IMG/VR virus record: IMGVR_UViG_2703718769_000007 | Source: a virus | Taxonomy: Duplodnaviria; Heunggongvirae; Uroviricota; Caudoviricetes | Length of the DNA stretch: 18,749 nt | Reading direction: 5' to 3' (one strand) | In this document: piece after piece, positions 15,755 to 18,749 of the stretch | Numbering within the stretch: the first letter of the stretch is position 1 | How the letters are laid out: the number at the start of each line of letters is the position of its first letter | Translations under genes and position numbers: made by a program | The notes under the pieces: generated by a model | What the model was told of the DNA's origin: nothing | Database searches by the model: none | What the model saw: the letters and a program-made list of their open reading frames with translations, nothing else

Positions 15755-15979
15755 TCAACACACTGGCTGTAATGCAGCAGATACCATGCGGCATTTAGCG
15801 GCATTCACAGCACACTCCACGGTTAGCTCTTCATTCGAGGCATCCACCCGAAAGACCCGGGAGTATGATTGCGTACATTTACCACTGAACGTACCTTCAA
15901 CAAGAACACGACCAGGCTGCAAAACACGGAACGGAATTGTTCCCTGAAAAGGCTTTACGGTTACCAGTAATTTCTTCAT
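15755..15979 (-). CDS. Hypothetical 74-aa Cys-containing protein
   Basis: ATG 15979 preceded by GGAGAA (MKKLLVTVKPFQGTIPFRVLQPGRVLVEGTFSGKC...VEC...AKC...PVC). No family recognised. The supplied ORF starts 6 codons upstream. Confidence 0.5.
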   Translation of the reverse strand: MKKLLVTVKPFQGTIPFRVLQPGRVLVEGTFSGKCTQSYSRVFRVDASNEELTVECAVNAAKCRMVSAALQPVC

Positions 15980-16002
15980 GCATTCTCCGGATAACAAAAA
16001 TA

Positions 16003-16461
16003 CTAGTTAATACACTGAGTGCGGATATATTCCTGCGCCCCTTCCAGCTGCTTCTGCATCATCATCAACCGCTCTCTGAGAGTGAAATAATCCCGTTCAA
16101 CTGTGTCTGCCAGTCGGGGGCCGGTTGCATTATCCACGCCGGAGGTGGTGGGGGCTTCACGCACGGAGCCTGGACAGGTGGCGTTGATCCGCAGGCGCTT
16201 ACGACCAGCGGCAACATCAGCACGCAGAGTTTCATTTTCAGCTCTCGCATCGGCTAATTCCCTCGAGTATTTTGCATCAAGCGCAGCAACATCACGCTGG
16301 CGCACCTGCATGTCAGTAATGGTTGCGTTTGCCAGCTCCAGCTCTCTGGCTTTTTTATCGCGCTGCGCTTTGTAGGTGATGGCATTATCGCGGTAATGAT
16401 TCAGCCCCAGACTAAGCGCACCACAGACCACAAACAGAATAACGGTAAACGCGGAAAGCAT
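16003..16461 (-). CDS. Rz: Rz i-spanin
   Basis: From ATG 16461: [65 protein letters not shown]... is near-identical in places to lambda Rz as recalled. The supplied ORF starts upstream at an unlikely start. Confidence 0.9.
   Translation of the reverse strand: MLSAFTVILFVVCGALSLGLNHYRDNAITYKAQRDKKARELELANATITDMQVRQRDVAALDAKYSRELADARAENETLRADVAAGRKRLRINATCPGSVREAPTTSGVDNATGPRLADTVERDYFTLRERLMMMQKQLEGAQEYIRTQCIN
16065..16250 (-). CDS. Rz1: Rz1 o-spanin lipoprotein, embedded in Rz in the +1 frame
   Basis: [22 protein letters not shown]...[32 protein letters not shown] matches lambda Rz1 (lipobox, proline run). Confidence 0.85.
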   Translation of the reverse strand: MRELKMKLCVLMLPLVVSACGSTPPVQAPCVKPPPPPAWIMQPAPDWQTQLNGIISLSESG

Positions 16462-16472
16462 TCGGTTTATGC

Positions 16473-16604
16473 TCACCCCACCAGCCCTGCCGAAGTCAAC
16501 GCCATCCAGGTTATGGAAAGAAAAAGAACAACCAGCATTAGTGAAAATGAAATACCGACGATTACACAAAGGCCCTTCGCCAGCATTATGAGTTTGTCTG
16601 ACAT
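16473..16604 (-). CDS. Small hydrophobic membrane protein (43 aa), unannotated in the ORF track
   Basis: ATG 16604 preceded by [49 protein letters not shown]; stop TGA 16473-16475, 11 nt before the Rz start. Confidence 0.4.
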   Translation of the reverse strand: MSDKLIMLAKGLCVIVGISFSLMLVVLFLSITWMALTSAGLVG

Positions 16605-16606
16605 CT

Positions 16607-16696
16607 TTACCCCTTAATAGCAGTAATTAACCGGGCAACCACCCATAAAAACGGAATCAGCCAGACCAGCAAAAATTTCCAGTCCATTTTTATCAT
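16607..16696 (-). CDS. Small hydrophobic peptide (29 aa), unannotated
   Basis: ATG 16696, 2 nt after the antirepressor-like stop; [29 protein letters not shown]. Weak RBS, so likely translationally coupled if real. Confidence 0.25.
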   Translation of the reverse strand: MIKMDWKFLLVWLIPFLWVVARLITAIKG

Positions 16697-16698
16697 CT

Positions 16699-17394
16699 TC
16701 ATGCTGCGGTAGCTCTCCATGCAGCAAGCAGACCAGCAATCCACTGAACACCTTTTGGGGTGAATTTAACCTGCGTAAAAGCATGACCATTGCCCGCCTC
16801 GCCCGTTTTCACGCTAAACCGCCCCGCATCCAGGTGATGCGAGTAAGGCGTCATTTTTCCAGCGAGGCGATACATTATTCCGTTCTCCAACAAAAACAGC
16901 CGGAAATCGGTTTCTTTGATACCGAGTAACTTAGCAACTTCCCGGAATCCCATCAGACCAGATGCTTCAACATAGTTATCAACAAATTCAGCCTTCGGCG
17001 CTGCTATTGCCAGTTGATTTTCCAGCACTGCTTTCTGTTCAGCCAGTTTTGCCGCAAATCGCAACGCCTCAGGTAAAGTCCGTGGGATCTGAATACCATG
17101 CATCGCTTTGAGCCTTGCCAGCACAGAACGACGAACGGCCTTTGACTCCCTCATGCCAACGAGCATCATCTGGTCAAAATCCAGATCATAGTATGCCGTT
17201 CTTGTCTGGTTATTGTTTAACCGGAATTTTTTCCAGGTTACCTCAAGCTCAAGTTCGTCCTCAATTTTTGCAAGGAACTTACGCGGTTCATGAGGTGGTT
17301 TCCCTGCCTCAACCCGGATGGGGTTAATAATGTTATTCAGAAAATCCAGACTACTCATGGATATTTCATGATCGACAGAAATCATCTCTTTCAT
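16699..17394 (-). CDS. Antirepressor-like protein with C-terminal KilA-C (ANT)-type domain, inserted inside the lysis cassette
   Basis: 231 aa; ATG 17394 preceded by AAAGGAA. C-terminal ...FREVAKLLGIKETDFRLFLLENGIMYRLAGKMTPYSHHLDAGRFSVKTGEAGNGHAFTQVKFTPKGVQWI... resembles phage antirepressor KilA-C domains (from memory). Confidence 0.7.
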   Translation of the reverse strand: MKEMISVDHEISMSSLDFLNNIINPIRVEAGKPPHEPRKFLAKIEDELELEVTWKKFRLNNNQTRTAYYDLDFDQMMLVGMRESKAVRRSVLARLKAMHGIQIPRTLPEALRFAAKLAEQKAVLENQLAIAAPKAEFVDNYVEASGLMGFREVAKLLGIKETDFRLFLLENGIMYRLAGKMTPYSHHLDAGRFSVKTGEAGNGHAFTQVKFTPKGVQWIAGLLAAWRATAA

Positions 17395-17530
17395 GGTTGA
17401 TTCCTTTTAGTGATGAACCCTGCGCACAGGAATAACCAGCCCAAAGAGGGTTAACCAGACCACTGCCGGTTATCCACCAGGGCTCATCCTGAAAGGTTCT
17501 TTGGTTTATTTACGCTTGTGCGAAGCGCAG

Positions 17531-17557
17531 AAATGACAAAGGCACCATTACGGTGCC
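17531..17557 (-). terminator. Terminator-like hairpin with T-rich tail downstream of the endolysin gene
   Basis: GGCACC-ATTAC-GGTGCC (17541-17557), followed on the minus strand by TTTGTCATTT. A second weaker hairpin CGCTT-GTGCG-AAGCG lies at 17513-17527. Confidence 0.4.
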
Positions 17558-17667
17558 TCTGCGTGAAATAATGATCCTGACTTTATTCACTTACATTTTG
17601 CCAGTTCGCAGGATTTCGTGTTATCCGTCCGCGTTGGTCAACGTCATTTTTCAGCAAAATATTCTGC

Positions 17668-18201
17668 TTATCTGTCGATACCCCAGCACGCCAGCGCACT
17701 CTCCTGGTCGCGACGAGATACCTGACCGTAGCAATTATTTGAGCGGATACGGCAGTCTCTGCCACCGTCCTTAATCCACCAGCGAATCGCTTCACACGCT
17801 CCTCTGCGATCGCCTGCATTAATTCGTTTATAAAACGTCGACGGGAGACACTTACCGGGGCCAATGTTATACGGGCAGAATGACGCAATACCCGCTTTCT
17901 GAGGTTCGGTCAGTGGCACTCTGATGTTTTTCGCCACCCATGCCAGCGCCTTATCCCGTTCGATAGCGTTAACCCGGTCGCATTTTTCCTTCGACAGCTT
18001 CATGCCAGGAATCACAGGCTTACCATCCACCCGGGTGGCTCCACGGCAGATGGTCCAGATACCCGCACCATCACGGTATGCCGTGGTGTGGTTACCTTCC
18101 TTTTCATCCAGAAACTGGTCGAGGATTTCAGGCGCAGAAGCACCTGCGGCAATCAGCGCCAGAACGGCAGCCGATAAACCATAGCGGAGTTTCCTGCTCA
18201 T
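17668..18201 (-). CDS. R: SAR endolysin (T4-lysozyme-like, phage 21 R-type)
   Basis: 177 aa; N-terminal signal-anchor-release-like segment MSRKLRYGLSAAVLALIAAGASAPE, then ...DEKEGNHTTAYRDGAGIWTICRG... (E/D/T catalytic pattern). ATG 18201 lies 4 nt after the holin stop. Confidence 0.9.
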   Translation of the reverse strand: MSRKLRYGLSAAVLALIAAGASAPEILDQFLDEKEGNHTTAYRDGAGIWTICRGATRVDGKPVIPGMKLSKEKCDRVNAIERDKALAWVAKNIRVPLTEPQKAGIASFCPYNIGPGKCLPSTFYKRINAGDRRGACEAIRWWIKDGGRDCRIRSNNCYGQVSRRDQESALACWGIDR

Positions 18202-18205
18202 CAGC

Positions 18206-18421
18206 TTACTCTCCCCGTGCCGCCTTACGCCGGTCCTCTCTGATTTTGAAATACAGGTTCGTCAGATATGTCAGCAGCCCAAACAGCAGACTCCCCAGCA
18301 CGCCTATTGCCGCCCACTGAGACGGGGAAACCCTGTCCAGCAACTGCAGGAACCAGTAGCCCGTTCCCACCGCTGACGTGGTGTATGACACACCTGTTGT
18401 GATTTTTTCCATCTGGTACAT
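18206..18421 (-). CDS. S: Pinholin (phage 21 S-like), dual-start motif
   Basis: 71 aa [71 protein letters not shown] closely matches phage 21 S as recalled. In-frame ATGs at 18421 and 18412. Confidence 0.9.
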   Translation of the reverse strand: MYQMEKITTGVSYTTSAVGTGYWFLQLLDRVSPSQWAAIGVLGSLLFGLLTYLTNLYFKIREDRRKAARGE

Positions 18422-18496
18422 ACCCCGTCTCCCGCAATCCGGAAGCTCACAACAACAAGAGGGGCATCAGCTCACACCGACAGCCCCTGCGCATGG

Positions 18497-18749
18497 TTAC
18501 ATCATCATTTCGCCGTCAGGCTGAGGCTCACTGCCACCATCAGGCTGAGACACGACACCATCTGAAACAGCACTGTCATCCGCAATGCCTTCCGGCTCCG
18601 GAACAGTCGGTGCGCCCAGCAGTTCATCCAGAATGGCATCCACTTCTGCATCAAGACGCGCCTCAAGATTCTGCCGGAGTTGCTGTTTCAGTGCGCTTCT
18701 GACTTCTTCAGAGCGCAGGACTTCCTTCACTGCTTCAGCAGTGACCAGC
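18497..18749 (-). CDS. 3' part of an unknown ORF entering from beyond the window end; acidic Pro/Glu/Asp-rich C-terminal tail
   Basis: Minus frame is open from the window edge (…LVTAEAVKEVLRSEEVRSALKQQLRQNLEARLDAEVDAILDELLGAPTVPEPEG...GEMMM, stop at 18497). The supplied start at 18730 is a GTG. No family recognised. Confidence 0.35.
   Translation of the reverse strand, partial: LVTAEAVKEVLRSEEVRSALKQQLRQNLEARLDAEVDAILDELLGAPTVPEPEGIADDSAVSDGVVSQPDGGSEPQPDGEMMM

Noticed and set aside
15346-15794. Minus-strand ORFs 15346..15582 and 15594..15794 in the moron upstream region
   Set aside because: They overlap the lipoprotein start or the 74-aa gene end in other frames, lack an RBS, and have Arg/Ile-rich junk-like translations. 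I treat the region as regulatory/non-coding.

Overview
This window reads as one contiguous piece of a lambdoid / HK97-like siphovirus prophage of enterobacterial type. Almost everything is transcribed right-to-left (minus strand). In transcription order (high to low coordinates) it contains: a partial unknown ORF; a phage-21-type lysis cassette (dual-start pinholin, SAR endolysin); an antirepressor-like gene and two tiny hydrophobic ORFs inserted ahead of Rz/Rz1; a small Cys-containing ORF; an AT-richer moron encoding a lipoprotein whose mature part looks like a TonB C-terminal domain, behind a palindromic operator-like site; one plus-strand YlcI/YnfO-like gene; an HNH endonuclease; a repeat-rich cos/packaging region; terminase small and large subunits; a single 645-aa ORF fusing an HK97-type prohead protease to the major capsid protein; a small ORF; the portal; a 353-aa protein with 162-bp tandem repeats; four head-tail connector/neck genes; the major tail protein; G and G-T chaperone with a -1 frameshift site; tape measure; gpM; and gpL truncated by the window edge. 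I saw no tRNA, rRNA, CRISPR array, integrase or transposase. The best candidates for something undescribed are the lipid-anchored TonB C-terminal-domain mimic with its operator, the unusual head-module order (protease-capsid fusion placed between terminase and portal), the tandem-repeat capsid-module protein, and the insertions inside the lysis cassette. All calls come from reading the supplied translations and the nucleotide sequence against family signatures recalled from memory; no database search or computation was run, so family names are hypotheses to confirm.
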